DNA from: Leptospiraceae bacterium
Lineage (GTDB): Bacteria; Spirochaetota; Leptospiria; Leptospirales; Leptonemataceae
Direction: 5' to 3'
Length of the DNA: 64,000 nucleotides
NCBI GenBank assembly: GCA_040217195.1
Contig: JAVJNR010000004.1
Span: forward strand, 128,001 to 192,000
Of the stretch, positions 49,366-60,027 are shown piece by piece. The number at the start of each line of letters is the position of its first letter. Within the stretch, counting starts at the first letter, position 1. The notes beneath the pieces are model-generated. The model did no database searches, was not told the DNA's origin, and was given only the letters and a program-made list of their open reading frames with translations. The translations under genes and the position numbers were made by a program.

Positions 49366-50403
49366 CTAAAGCATCGTATCCAGTTCTGCTTTCAAATTCT
49401 CACCATTATAGAATTCATTAGAGCTCTTTCGTATTCTATCTTCCAGCAGCCCTGATTCATCTTCCCATCTTTCCAGACCATGAAACAGATAGCCCAGGAC
49501 TTCGGAAAGGGATTCCCGGGCCGGAGCCATGCCATGCTCGGAAAGAAGGGTTTCCATCATAGTGTCCTTTCGGTCCTCATAGAAAGAAAGGGCTGCACCG
49601 CGAATCAAGGATTGAAATTCATTGGAGTCCAGCAGGAACTCCGGCCAGTCTTTTAGAGAATCTACGGCCGCCGCGTATTCCTCCCTGGATACCAGCTCAA
49701 GCATGCTTCCCAGCTCCCGGCTGGCCCAGTCCTGATAGATCTGATAGGCCGTTTCCGAAAACTCATCACCCTCAAACGCAGAGTATAACATTTTCTCCGT
49801 ATGATGCATTGTAGAGTCGATGTTCTTTCGGATGAATTCTTTGATAGGCTTTTCGAAATTTCCTTCAAGTCCTTCCATGGCCTTGCCCAGCAATGCCTGC
49901 CCGGCTCGCATGATGTTCCCTGCAAGAGGGATATCCTTTCCTATGCCGCCTTCCGCAAGAAAGCCTTTGATACCATTGTAAAGGACATCCGATAGGAACT
50001 GAGCGAAGAATGGATTGTAGACCGCTGTGCGAATAAGTTCTTTTCTCAGATTCTCCAGTTTCAGGGAGGCCTGAATTCCTTCCTTAACCCGATCTCCAGA
50101 TACAATTCTGTCCAGACTGAACTTAAATACTTCAGGTTTCTTTTCAAGAATCTCAACAAAGAGGCGCTTCTTTATCATGTCAGATCCGGCACCTCTAATC
50201 CCCAGGCGAACCAGCATCCAATTCAGATCCTGAAATTGCTCCGCTGAAATGGCTTTTTTGAGAGTAAACTCTGACTCGCTTTCCAGCAACGAGCGAAATT
50301 GATTTACCAGAATTTGTCTCCTCTCCGCCGAGCGGATCCTTTCCAGTTCGAACTGAATATGCCGTTCTTGAATTAATTCCAGAATCTCTTTAGCTTTGCT
50401 CAT
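49366..50403 (-). CDS. Hypothetical helical protein, coupled to avtA
   Basis: 345-aa ORF, GGAG SD, ATGA overlap with the avtA stop. Confidence 0.75.
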   Translation of the reverse strand: MSKAKEILELIQERHIQFELERIRSAERRQILVNQFRSLLESESEFTLKKAISAEQFQDLNWMLVRLGIRGAGSDMIKKRLFVEILEKKPEVFKFSLDRIVSGDRVKEGIQASLKLENLRKELIRTAVYNPFFAQFLSDVLYNGIKGFLAEGGIGKDIPLAGNIMRAGQALLGKAMEGLEGNFEKPIKEFIRKNIDSTMHHTEKMLYSAFEGDEFSETAYQIYQDWASRELGSMLELVSREEYAAAVDSLKDWPEFLLDSNEFQSLIRGAALSFYEDRKDTMMETLLSEHGMAPARESLSEVLGYLFHGLERWEDESGLLEDRIRKSSNEFYNGENLKAELDTML

Positions 50404-51659
50404 CTCGCTCCATCCAGTTCCTGTCCTGCCACCTTGATCAATATATCAATTCCCTGCTCTATGGTTTGAAGATCCTGAGAAAAACTCAGGCGTATACATC
50501 GATCCCTGTGATCAAAGTCTTCGCTTAATCCCGGAAAATAATACTTTCCTGGAACTACAATCACTCCTGACTTTTTGAGCTTCTCATACAATCTGGTTGT
50601 GGAAATTTCAGCGTCAAACCAGAGCCATAGAAAGAATGCTCCCCCTGATTCATGGATTCGCAGCCCCCGGGGCCCAAGAGATGATTTCAGTTTTTCCACG
50701 GCCAGGTCCCTGGCCCTGCGATAGTGTGGTTGAAGAACCGTTTTACACTGATCCAATAGTTCTCCATTTTCCAGGACCCTTCGCGTAAGAGCCGGTCCCA
50801 TTCCACCGCAGCTGAGATTAAAAATTGAATTTAGCTTTTCGATTTTCTGAACAAGTTCCGGTGGCGCGATGACAATTCCGGTGCGCAGTCCTGGCAATCC
50901 AAGCTTGGATAAACTCAGTATCACTATACATCCTTCCCTATAAAAAGGGGAGCTATCATCGAATACAATTCCCGGAAAAGGCAATCCGTAGGCAGCATCA
51001 ATTATGAGTGGCACATCCTTTGCAAAACATTTATCGTAAAGGTTTTGTAGCTCTGAATCCGAAACATTATTTCCGGTGGGATTGCAGGGACGGGAAATAC
51101 ACACTGCTCCTGTGCTGTTATCGATTTGAAGTCGATCAAAATCTATTTCATACCGGAAGGAATAATCATCCAGTAGTTGAACCCGGGGAAGAAAGGACTG
51201 CAGAGTTCCGGTCTGAATTCCCACATCTTCATAGCCAATGTATTCCGGACTCATGGGAAAAACTATATTGGCTCTGGTTCCATCTTCGCGCTGACCTCCC
51301 AGAAGGTTCATTAGAAGAAAAAATGCATTCTGGCTACCCTGAGTAAGTGCAATGTTTTCCGGGCCCACAGACCATCCGCATTCCTGGCCGAGCATATTTG
51401 CCAGGGCTTTCCTGAAAGGTACGTTACCTCCGGGATGATCATAAATGCCCAGGGCCCGTTCAAACCGATCGGAATCCTGCATCAGTGCTTCCATTTCCCT
51501 GCGAAAGAAGGACTCCATCCGAGGTATTCGACCCGGATTGCCTCCACCCAGCATAAGCATCTTTTCCGGTCCGCTAAGGGCCAGGTCCAGATCTACCATC
51601 AATTCCTGGATACCGGAAGAGCCGTCATAACGGCGATAGAATTCCGTCCTTGCTGTCAT
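50400..51659 (-). CDS. avtA: Valine--pyruvate transaminase
   Basis: MLGGGNP, NIALTQGSQNAFF, PEYIGY, SRPCNPTGN, IDAAYGLPFP, SLSKLGLPG.RTG, GAFFLWLWF. Confidence 0.9.
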   Translation of the reverse strand: MTARTEFYRRYDGSSGIQELMVDLDLALSGPEKMLMLGGGNPGRIPRMESFFRREMEALMQDSDRFERALGIYDHPGGNVPFRKALANMLGQECGWSVGPENIALTQGSQNAFFLLMNLLGGQREDGTRANIVFPMSPEYIGYEDVGIQTGTLQSFLPRVQLLDDYSFRYEIDFDRLQIDNSTGAVCISRPCNPTGNNVSDSELQNLYDKCFAKDVPLIIDAAYGLPFPGIVFDDSSPFYREGCIVILSLSKLGLPGLRTGIVIAPPELVQKIEKLNSIFNLSCGGMGPALTRRVLENGELLDQCKTVLQPHYRRARDLAVEKLKSSLGPRGLRIHESGGAFFLWLWFDAEISTTRLYEKLKKSGVIVVPGKYYFPGLSEDFDHRDRCIRLSFSQDLQTIEQGIDILIKVAGQELDGAR

Positions 51660-51747
51660 GGGCTGACATTCATTGGGCCGGAACATGTGCAAAGTGTTTT
51701 CCCCTTTTTAACTGGATGTCAGAAGGCCCACTACGCTATTTGCAGAT

Positions 51748-53625
51748 ATGGATCGAAAGGAATCCATTCAGCAGAAAGTTTCCAGGGCTCCGCAGGACCC
51801 AGGCTGTTACCTCTGGAAGGATGCAGGGGGAGAAATCCTGTATGTGGGCAAGGCGGATCGGCTCAGAACCAGACTCAGAAATTATCTGAAGCCGGAAACG
51901 GTGAAAACTGCAATTCTCATGCAGAAGGTTCGGGACCTGGAGTGGATTACCACAGAAACCTCCACCGAAGCGCTGATCCTGGAAGACACTCTAGTTAAGA
52001 AGCATAAGCCCAGGTTCAATGTACGCCTGAAGGATGATAAGCGATTTCCCTATCTATGCGTTTCAACGTCCGAACCGTTTCCTCGAATTTACCTTACTAG
52101 ATCTGTAAGAAAGGACGGGAACCGTTACTTCGGGCCCTATACCGATGTTCGTGCGGCCAGGCATATCCTGGATCTAATCCATAAGACATTTCCCATTCGC
52201 AAAGTTAGACAAAAGCTGCCATTAAGTCGCCCCCGCCGCCCCTGTATGAATTATCATATCAATCGTTGCCTTGCACCCTGTCAGGGAAATGTGCCGGAAC
52301 AGGAATACAGCAAGATTGTAGATGAGATTATACTATTTCTGGAAGGAAAACATGAGCTTCTGGAAGAGCTGGTGCATAAGAGGATGGATCAGTTCAGCCA
52401 GTCCATGGATTTTGAAAGGGCTGCCATTTATCGCGACATTCTGGGATCGCTGCGAAGGTTTCAGGAAAGACAGGCAGTATCAAGGCCGGGAGCCGGCGAT
52501 GAAGATGTGATCGCCGTGGCAAGAGATGAATCCTACGGACAGGCCGTTGTCTTCGAGTACAGACAGGGCAATCTAATAGGTCGCAAAGCCTTTCCTCTTA
52601 CAGGTCTGGAAGCCGCAGATGAGTCCGATCTTTTGGAATCCTTTATTCGGGAGTACTATCTTTCCAACCAGTCCATACCACCCAGCATCTTGATGTCTCA
52701 TGATATGAATCCCCAGGATCGATCCATGCTGGAAGAGTACTTGAGTAAAACCAGCGATCGCAAGGTAAAACTAAGACATCCACAGAGAGGCCCTTCGGTT
52801 ACAGTTCTGGAAATGGTGCGAAAGAATGCTGAACTGCTGCTTAAAGAACAGGTTATCAAAGTTAAGAGCAAAGATCGTCGCAGCGGTCTGGAAGAAATTC
52901 AGAAATTCTTAGGATTGGATGCATTGCCAGAATTCATTGAATGCTATGATATTTCCCATTTTCAAGGCCGCCAGACGGTAGCGGCTGGAGTTCAATTTGA
53001 AAACGGACAGCCGCGAAAGGCAGGATATCGCAGATATATTATTCGCTCAGTGGATGGAATCGATGATCCTGCTTCTATGAGGGAGGTAATTGCAAGACGC
53101 ATCCAGCGCCTGGTCAATGAGCAGTCCAGGATACCCGATCTAATTGTAATCGATGGTGGGAGCACTCAACTTCAGGCAGCCTGCGAAGCTGCAGCATCCC
53201 TGGGTCAGGAGAATCTTCCCATGGTTGGTCTGGCAAAAAAAAGGGAAGAGATCTATCTTCCGGGGAAAGCTATTCCTTTGAGCTTTGATAAGAACTCCGC
53301 TGGAATGCGCATCCTCAGACATCTAAGAGATGAGGCTCACCGATTTGGAATCTCGCATCAACGAATTAGAAGCAACAAGGCCCAGCTGAAGATTCTGGAA
53401 ACCTCTATTCCGGACATTGGAACTCAACGAATTCGCAGTATGATCAAGCATTTTAATGATCGAAAAATAGCCGAAGCGAGTGTTCAGGAATTAATGGAAG
53501 TTCCAGGCATTGGAGAAAAACTGGCCAGAAAGATATACGAAGCATTGCATTTATCTGGTTCAACTTCGATGGAAAAAACCGCACCCTCCGCAGAGAGTAA
53601 AGAGGATTCTAATCAATTAGTATGA
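51748..53625 (+). CDS. uvrC: Excinuclease ABC subunit C
   Basis: GIY-YIG-like PGCYLWKD..GEILYVGKA, LKDDKRFPY, FGPY, IECYDISH, PDLIVIDGG, RDEAHRF, and HhH VPGIGEK. Confidence 0.97.
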   Translation: MDRKESIQQKVSRAPQDPGCYLWKDAGGEILYVGKADRLRTRLRNYLKPETVKTAILMQKVRDLEWITTETSTEALILEDTLVKKHKPRFNVRLKDDKRFPYLCVSTSEPFPRIYLTRSVRKDGNRYFGPYTDVRAARHILDLIHKTFPIRKVRQKLPLSRPRRPCMNYHINRCLAPCQGNVPEQEYSKIVDEIILFLEGKHELLEELVHKRMDQFSQSMDFERAAIYRDILGSLRRFQERQAVSRPGAGDEDVIAVARDESYGQAVVFEYRQGNLIGRKAFPLTGLEAADESDLLESFIREYYLSNQSIPPSILMSHDMNPQDRSMLEEYLSKTSDRKVKLRHPQRGPSVTVLEMVRKNAELLLKEQVIKVKSKDRRSGLEEIQKFLGLDALPEFIECYDISHFQGRQTVAAGVQFENGQPRKAGYRRYIIRSVDGIDDPASMREVIARRIQRLVNEQSRIPDLIVIDGGSTQLQAACEAAASLGQENLPMVGLAKKREEIYLPGKAIPLSFDKNSAGMRILRHLRDEAHRFGISHQRIRSNKAQLKILETSIPDIGTQRIRSMIKHFNDRKIAEASVQELMEVPGIGEKLARKIYEALHLSGSTSMEKTAPSAESKEDSNQLV

Positions 53626-53758
53626 ATCCTGTAAGGACAGTAGGCACCTGGAGAGGCATCAAGAATTCCCTGGGGCAATCGGTCCGAGTGGATTGGAAGG
53701 AAGCCAGGGTAACCCGGGAACCAGGGCTTCGTATCTTCCAGAAAAAGGAAATGTATCT

Positions 53759-54193
53759 ATGACGGAAAAACAGGCAATGCAAGAACTTGAAGGATTTCAA
53801 ATTGTGACTCGCCACCTGGTAATGGAAAAAGACCTGAATTACCATGGAAATCTCTACGGAGGTACCATGCTTGCCTGGCTGGATGAATCTTCAGCACTGT
53901 TTGTTATGGAAAGCATTGGTTATACGAACTTTGTAACCGCTGGAATGGAGAATGTGCGATTTAAGTCTCCTGCAAGAAGCGGCGAAGCCGTGGTATTCTA
54001 CTGTCGCACTGCCGACCTGGGACGTAGCTCAATCACAGTTCAGACCAGAGCTTTTGTACATGATCCGCTTAGCGATAGAAAAGATGAGATAATCAATTGC
54101 TCTATTACGTTTGTATGCCTCAAGGACGGAAAACCCTTTCCTTATTTTGAGAGCGATGATTATAAGAACCGGCGAGGCCAGTCCCTGGCATGA
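53759..54193 (+). CDS. Acyl-CoA thioesterase (hotdog fold, YciA-like)
   Basis: DLNYHGNLYGGTMLAWLDE, FKSPA, GRSSITV, TFVCL. AAGGA SD before ATG 53759. Confidence 0.9.
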   Translation: MTEKQAMQELEGFQIVTRHLVMEKDLNYHGNLYGGTMLAWLDESSALFVMESIGYTNFVTAGMENVRFKSPARSGEAVVFYCRTADLGRSSITVQTRAFVHDPLSDRKDEIINCSITFVCLKDGKPFPYFESDDYKNRRGQSLA

Positions 54194-54331
54194 AGATACC
54201 TTGACCGGTACTTCTGTAATTTGATCGATAGCTGCGCTTCAATTCAAATTCAGTCCATTGCTAAGATAATACCCGGCTGACGAAAAATGGACGAGAACGA
54301 AATGCATGGCCCTGACGGTTGAATCACTGAT

Positions 54332-55486
54332 TCAGGGCATGCGAAAATCCATGGGCTCTTCGCCCTGATCCAGCAAGGACTGTTCCGGTTGAAACAGTTT
54401 TTCAAGATACAGACTGCTGCCTTCGAATAGCTGACCATCTTCCGTTCGAAATAGATAAGTGTCGTAGCTTTTCTTTCCCAGGACATCTACAGTAAAGGTT
54501 TTCGGGTTTCCAATGGACGTTCGATAAACCAGAGAAAGCTCCATTCCCTGATTTTGATCCAGACGAGCAGGCAATTTATCTATGAATTCCTGGGCACGGA
54601 TTTCCAGTAAATCATCCAGCAACAGGTTTATCTCCGTTTCACGAACCGAGCCCACCGAAGGCGCCAGCATCTTCCAGTCACCACCGGCTTTTGCCAGTTC
54701 CACGTTTCTAAAACCTACAATAGCCGGTCGCTTGAATCGAACTGTTAATTGAGTGATGGATCTTCGCTCCACCATAGGCATAATCTGACGATTTCTAAAA
54801 AACTCCTGCTGACCTGCGCCCAGGTCCCTGCGAAGGTTTTCCTGAACAAGGTATATGGTATCATCTACCAGAACATAGGATTCATTGCCGCGCACACTGG
54901 ACCGGCCCACATTTATTTGAATTCGGCTACCATCGTCCAGAACCACAGACAATTGCAATCCCTGGTCCAGGTTATACTCCTTGATAGCGGCTGCTGTGTT
55001 GTCCAGTTCGTAGTATTTTCGGCTTCGTCGCAGGGAATAGAGAAGGTTGGAGATCCTTCGCGCATCTGCGTACCTTAATTTCTGGGAGTTGCTGTTGTCT
55101 GTGCTGGACTTTAGCAGCCACTGGAATCCCTGCACGGATTCCAGAAGCTTTCGCTCCTCCGAGGGAGCCGGCCCGTCTTCAGGCTCCGTCTGGTCTGGCC
55201 CGGATGAAATTGCATTTCCTCTTTGAAGTATAAATCCCTGGCCCTTTGATACCTGAACCTGAATTTCATCGATTCTGGCTGGTTCCACATCCAGCAATGG
55301 TTCTGCATCCTGGTAAGAACTACGAATCCATCCGAAGGGATCAAAAACTATAAATGCAATCAATAGCAGTCCCAGGTTGGTTCCAAGCAATGTCAGCCCT
55401 GGATTGGTTTTCATTGATTGGATACAGTTCTGCAGCAGGGAGCCGGTTTGATCTTTGACTTGCATGGTTTCTGTTTTATCAGTCAT
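54332..55486 (-). CDS. DUF4340-like membrane-anchored protein, last gene of the Gld-like ABC operon
   Basis: N-terminal TM segment, two repeated beta-rich modules (YNLD...INVGR..YV; WKMLAP). Overlaps the gldG-like stop. Confidence 0.75.
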   Translation of the reverse strand: MTDKTETMQVKDQTGSLLQNCIQSMKTNPGLTLLGTNLGLLLIAFIVFDPFGWIRSSYQDAEPLLDVEPARIDEIQVQVSKGQGFILQRGNAISSGPDQTEPEDGPAPSEERKLLESVQGFQWLLKSSTDNSNSQKLRYADARRISNLLYSLRRSRKYYELDNTAAAIKEYNLDQGLQLSVVLDDGSRIQINVGRSSVRGNESYVLVDDTIYLVQENLRRDLGAGQQEFFRNRQIMPMVERRSITQLTVRFKRPAIVGFRNVELAKAGGDWKMLAPSVGSVRETEINLLLDDLLEIRAQEFIDKLPARLDQNQGMELSLVYRTSIGNPKTFTVDVLGKKSYDTYLFRTEDGQLFEGSSLYLEKLFQPEQSLLDQGEEPMDFRMP

Positions 55487-57281
55487 CCGGCAGTCCTCTC
55501 TTTTGATTCCTGCGACTGAGACGAATCAATCCATAGATCCCCAGAATCATGGGGACCAACAGTATATGAAACCATTGAAAAACCACCTGGAAGCCTCGTT
55601 CCGATGGAATTAGATAACTAAACCAGGACGGTGGACCTTCTATATAGTCCACACCGCGGGTGCGAAGACGGGCCGCCACAAGATCCGTGTCTCCCTGCAA
55701 AGATTCCAGAGCAGAACTCAGGAAAGCCAGGTTCACCTGGAAAATACGAGCGTTGGATTCATTGGTTAGAAATACATCTGAAACCATATAAGCAGAAGGG
55801 ATCATCAGAATTGTAGACTCGGTTCCATCGGCCTGAACCGAAAGTCGCTGCTTCTTCAGCGATTCCATTAACTGTGCTCTCTGATCTACGGTAAGATCAG
55901 ATTCCACTTCTTGAATTAGCTGCCCAATCTCATCATCGTTAAAGGCACTAAAAAAGCTACCCCGGGCCAGGGCCATCATTGGCCTGGGTGATGAAATAAA
56001 CTGGTCGGTTGTGGAACGACCGATTTCCTGCATATCTCGCAGATTCAGTGAATGGCTATCGGCCACTATGGCATCGCTGCTACTATTCACTAACGTTGTG
56101 TATTGAACCTGCGGCTGTCGATCTGGTTGAATCTCCAGAGAGCCGGTCCAGGGAAGGATGATCTGTACAGCATCCTTGCTTAGAATATGGTCTTCGTTCA
56201 GGTTTCCAGACTGGTGAGAATACACTGCCCAGGCAGGATTCCTGTATTCAACCATATACTGCCCCTGCAGATCCATTTCCGGCGCAGCCAGAACCGGCTC
56301 GAATAGTATTTCGCTTCGTAGCTTCAGACCGTAGCCTTCCAGCCAATCGTTCATGGGCTTTAGATCTTCCGATATCTGAGCCGTACCGGCCTGTTGTCCC
56401 ATACCCATCTGTGCCATGGGTCCGCCACTTTGAAGTGAGAACTGGAACGGAGTGGCCATGAAAATCAGGTTTCCACCCCGCAAAATATATTGATCCAGAA
56501 AAAATTGTTCCAACCTATCAAGCCCGGGAAGTCCAACAATAACCAGGGTTTCCACGTCTTCCGGGATTGGCTGGCCCGCCACCACATCCATCCAGGGCCC
56601 CATATCGTTTTCCGAAAGCATACGAAACCAGTAAATATTATCTTTACCGTATTCTTCCAGACTCCTGGGCCTGTAGGTCTGTGACGTACCTCTGGCATTA
56701 AAATATCCGATTCCACTGGGACCAGGATCTTCTGTGAGATCCTTCAGTCTTCGCAGGAATGCATATTCAAAGTTCTCAATGAGAGCTCCTCCCTGGGTAA
56801 GCTCCAGCAGGGCCGATTTTTCCCCGGATTGCAGGTAGATACCAAAGTAGCCCTGTCGGACGCTGGTTTCTTCCATAGTAGATTGCCCTACTGGCTGGCC
56901 GGAGATACCACGGGAAACGGCGCGGTCCTTTAACTCATCGGTGGTTGGATCAAATATGCGAACCTGAAGCCGATCTCCACCCACTCGATCCATCTGTTGC
57001 AACTGGGCAATAATTGGATCCAGAATGGCCTGAATCTCCCCGGGTACATTGCGGCTTATATAAGCTTCTACTATAACATTCTGCTTGAGTTCAGAAAATA
57101 CCTGGTAGGAACTATCGCTCAGGGAATTTACCTGGTCTCTTGTCAAATCCCAGCGAATATAAGCCTGGGATGCGATCGAATTCAGTAAGACGAAGGCTAT
57201 CACGGAATTCACTGCAATGAACCTGGAGTCATGGTTCCATTTCCGTAGAACCTGCTTTATTCCGAGGATGATCTTACTCAT
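55479..57281 (-). CDS. GldG/ABC_transp_aux-family protein
   Basis: RWDLT....SLS, YFGIYL, LDQYILRGG, N- and C-terminal TM segments. Confidence 0.85.
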   Translation of the reverse strand: MSKIILGIKQVLRKWNHDSRFIAVNSVIAFVLLNSIASQAYIRWDLTRDQVNSLSDSSYQVFSELKQNVIVEAYISRNVPGEIQAILDPIIAQLQQMDRVGGDRLQVRIFDPTTDELKDRAVSRGISGQPVGQSTMEETSVRQGYFGIYLQSGEKSALLELTQGGALIENFEYAFLRRLKDLTEDPGPSGIGYFNARGTSQTYRPRSLEEYGKDNIYWFRMLSENDMGPWMDVVAGQPIPEDVETLVIVGLPGLDRLEQFFLDQYILRGGNLIFMATPFQFSLQSGGPMAQMGMGQQAGTAQISEDLKPMNDWLEGYGLKLRSEILFEPVLAAPEMDLQGQYMVEYRNPAWAVYSHQSGNLNEDHILSKDAVQIILPWTGSLEIQPDRQPQVQYTTLVNSSSDAIVADSHSLNLRDMQEIGRSTTDQFISSPRPMMALARGSFFSAFNDDEIGQLIQEVESDLTVDQRAQLMESLKKQRLSVQADGTESTILMIPSAYMVSDVFLTNESNARIFQVNLAFLSSALESLQGDTDLVAARLRTRGVDYIEGPPSWFSYLIPSERGFQVVFQWFHILLVPMILGIYGLIRLSRRNQKRGLPDD

Positions 57282-57997
57282 GTGCGGCTCCTGAGAACAC
57301 CAACGTTGGCAGCAAGCATCAGCACAGTGAACGAAACAAAATAGACTGTATCGCCAAGATCAATAACCCCTCGAGCAAAACTATTTAGATGTGAACTCAA
57401 TGTAAAAAAGCTTACTACGTTAGAAAGAACTGGCGGTAGATGCCGCGAAACAACATAGAAGTTGGACAGATATATGATCAGGCTTACGAAGAAGATTAAA
57501 ATAAAAGCTACAATCTGCTCTCTGGTAAAGGCACTTATCAGCATCCCCAATCCAACGTAGGCTCCGGCCATGAGAATGGCGCCCAGATAAAGAGCGACGG
57601 TACTGCCCCAGTCAAGATGTCCAATCCACCAGATTCCAAAAGTGAGTGGAAGAGAAGCCAGGATCAGGCCAACTACAAAGGTCCAGGCGGCCAGAAATTT
57701 TCCAATGACCACTGACTCGGTGGAAATAGGAAGCGTTGCCAGTAGTTCAATGGTTCCGGTCTTATACTCCTCTGCCCAGATTCGCATACTAACTGCGGGC
57801 ACCATCAATATGAATGTAAGTGGCAGCAGGTCCATGTAGGAACGAATGCTGGCCACTTTCGCTTCCCAGAATGCAGGTATATGGAAGAAACCGGTGAAGA
57901 AGAACAGAAGATTGAAGAATAGAGCGGTCACTGCAAATACGTAGCCGATGGGCGTATTGAAGTAGTTCTGAATCTCCCTTAAATAGATATTCTTCAT
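57278..57997 (-). CDS. ABC-2 type permease (GldF-like)
   Basis: RE...YFNTPIGYV, PAVSMRIWAEE..GTIELL.T.P, VIGKFLA, FARGVIDLGD. Confidence 0.9.
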   Translation of the reverse strand: MKNIYLREIQNYFNTPIGYVFAVTALFFNLLFFFTGFFHIPAFWEAKVASIRSYMDLLPLTFILMVPAVSMRIWAEEYKTGTIELLATLPISTESVVIGKFLAAWTFVVGLILASLPLTFGIWWIGHLDWGSTVALYLGAILMAGAYVGLGMLISAFTREQIVAFILIFFVSLIIYLSNFYVVSRHLPPVLSNVVSFFTLSSHLNSFARGVIDLGDTVYFVSFTVLMLAANVGVLRSRT

Positions 57998-59007
57998 CGC
58001 TTATGTGTGAGCTCCTGGAATATCTCCTGCAAACTACGATGACCGGGTGAGTAGGATCGGATGGAGTAACCTTTCTCTATGAGCACTGGAAGTAGATCTT
58101 CAGTGGGTCCATTCCATTGTAACTCCGCTGAATAGAACCCCTGGATAGAAGCCGCTGAATCCATTCCCTCCTTCTGCCTATTGTCATGCTCTCCATGATG
58201 CGTGGCCGTCGGTGTATGCACTTCGGCTGACTGACCTGCAAAGAGTACGGATTGAATGCCCTGGATTTCCCGGAGCTCAGTATCCATACTCTGCACCGAT
58301 GCATTATCTTTCTTTAGAACTACGTGAATGGACTCAGTTTTTTTCAGCTCATGCGTGGGCTGGTCCGCCACCACTTCACCGCCATGAATAATAATCACTC
58401 GTTCGCAGATATCTTCCACTTCCTGCAGGATGTGTGTTGAAAGTAAGACTGTACGTTCCGAAGCAAGCTTTCTGATCAAACTTCGAATATGTTCTATCTG
58501 ATTCGGGTCCAATCCGCCGGTGGGTTCATCCAGAATAATCACCGATGGATCATGGATTAAAGCTCCGGCCAGTCCCACTCGTTGTCGGAAACCTCTGGAT
58601 AGAAGTCCAATAGGAGTATAAAAATGGGACTCCAATTCCAGTTCCTGAATCATCCGACGGCCTGCCTGCTGGAGGTTGGATCCTTCCATGCCTCGGCTAC
58701 GTCCCATGAATTCCAGATACTCTGAAACCAGCATTTCCGGATAAAGTGGATTGTTTTCAGGCAAATATCCAAGAAGACCCTTAATCTCCTGGCGCGCTGC
58801 ATCTGTGGATGCATCCAGGCCGGCCACAAAAATGCTGCCTTCCTGGGGACGCAAGTAGCCGGCCAGCATGCGCATGGTTGTAGTCTTTCCTGCACCGTTA
58901 GGTCCCAGTAAACCCACCACGCCCCGGGCAGGCTGAATTTCAAAAGAAACATTCCGCACTGCAACAAAGCTTCCAAAGGAACGCTTTAGACCGGATACCT
59001 GAATCAT
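57994..59007 (-). CDS. ABC transporter ATP-binding protein (GldA-like)
   Basis: GPNGAGKTT, LSRGFRQRVG, ILDEPTGGLDP, LSTHIL. Start placed at MIQVSG. Confidence 0.92.
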   Translation of the reverse strand: MIQVSGLKRSFGSFVAVRNVSFEIQPARGVVGLLGPNGAGKTTTMRMLAGYLRPQEGSIFVAGLDASTDAARQEIKGLLGYLPENNPLYPEMLVSEYLEFMGRSRGMEGSNLQQAGRRMIQELELESHFYTPIGLLSRGFRQRVGLAGALIHDPSVIILDEPTGGLDPNQIEHIRSLIRKLASERTVLLSTHILQEVEDICERVIIIHGGEVVADQPTHELKKTESIHVVLKKDNASVQSMDTELREIQGIQSVLFAGQSAEVHTPTATHHGEHDNRQKEGMDSAASIQGFYSAELQWNGPTEDLLPVLIEKGYSIRSYSPGHRSLQEIFQELTHKR

Positions 59008-59099
59008 CTGACTGCACAATCGAAAGGGCCCTGCGAATTTCAATCAAAAATGGAGGGATTACTTGACCGGAAGGCAATTGCAGAGAATAGTCCGTTCTC

Positions 59100-59987
59100 A
59101 TGGAACCGGTTACAAATCGCAACCCACTGGAACGCCTGGAAGCTCCACCCATGCTCTATAAACCTTCTTCGCCTGTTGAAGTGCCTGTCATAGAGAACAC
59201 CTTGCTAACTCCGGAAGGCTATTCAGAAGAAATTAGACATATAGTTCTGGATCTAAAAGGCACGGATTATCGCTACCTGGAAGGTCAGTCCATGGGTGTA
59301 ATCGCTCCAGGTGAGGATGAAAGAGGGAAACCGAACCGGGTTCGGCTGTATTCCATTGCCAGCCCGGCCATGGGAGAACCGGATAATCCATCCCACGTTG
59401 CTCTTTGTGTTAAACGGGTGGTATTCGAAGAAGGCCAGGAGACTTATTACGGCCTTTGCTCCAATTATCTGTGCGATGTAAAGCCAGGAGATAAAGTTAG
59501 GATATCCGGACCCAACGGAAAACGATTTGTGATGCCCAGAGATCCAGATGTGGATTTGCTCTTATTCGCCGCCGGCACCGGAATTGCACCGTTTCGCGGA
59601 TTCTTTATGCGTCTTTCCGGTCTTCCTCTGGAAGATCGATCAAATATAGTGCTGTACTACGGTAGCCGTCGAATGGAAGATCATGTATACTACAATGAAA
59701 TTAATGATGATCTAGGGAAGTTACTGGATTCCAGGAATATTATCCATTCAGCACTTTCCCGGCAGGATCCTCAAAAGAAGATGCATGTTCAGGATAAATT
59801 CCGACTGGAACCCGGACCTGTGGAAGAGGCATTGAAGCGAGGCAATTTCCTGATCTACATTTGTGGAATCAAGGGAATGGAAAAAGGAATCGAAGATGTA
59901 TTTCGGGATATCGTGGGACCGGACAGCTGGGATCAAACCAAGCAGGAATGGAAAGAAAAAACCATCTGGAATCAGGAGGTCTATTGA
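59100..59987 (+). CDS. fpr: Ferredoxin--NADP(+) reductase, plastidic-type
   Basis: YLEGQSMGV, RLYSIAS, LCVKR, GLCSNYLCD, GTGIAPFR, YICG.KGM, C-terminal EVY. Confidence 0.92.
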   Translation: MEPVTNRNPLERLEAPPMLYKPSSPVEVPVIENTLLTPEGYSEEIRHIVLDLKGTDYRYLEGQSMGVIAPGEDERGKPNRVRLYSIASPAMGEPDNPSHVALCVKRVVFEEGQETYYGLCSNYLCDVKPGDKVRISGPNGKRFVMPRDPDVDLLLFAAGTGIAPFRGFFMRLSGLPLEDRSNIVLYYGSRRMEDHVYYNEINDDLGKLLDSRNIIHSALSRQDPQKKMHVQDKFRLEPGPVEEALKRGNFLIYICGIKGMEKGIEDVFRDIVGPDSWDQTKQEWKEKTIWNQEVY

Positions 59988-60027
59988 GTTAGCTCCCCCG
60001 GGACTGGACTTCAATTTTCGTAGCTCG

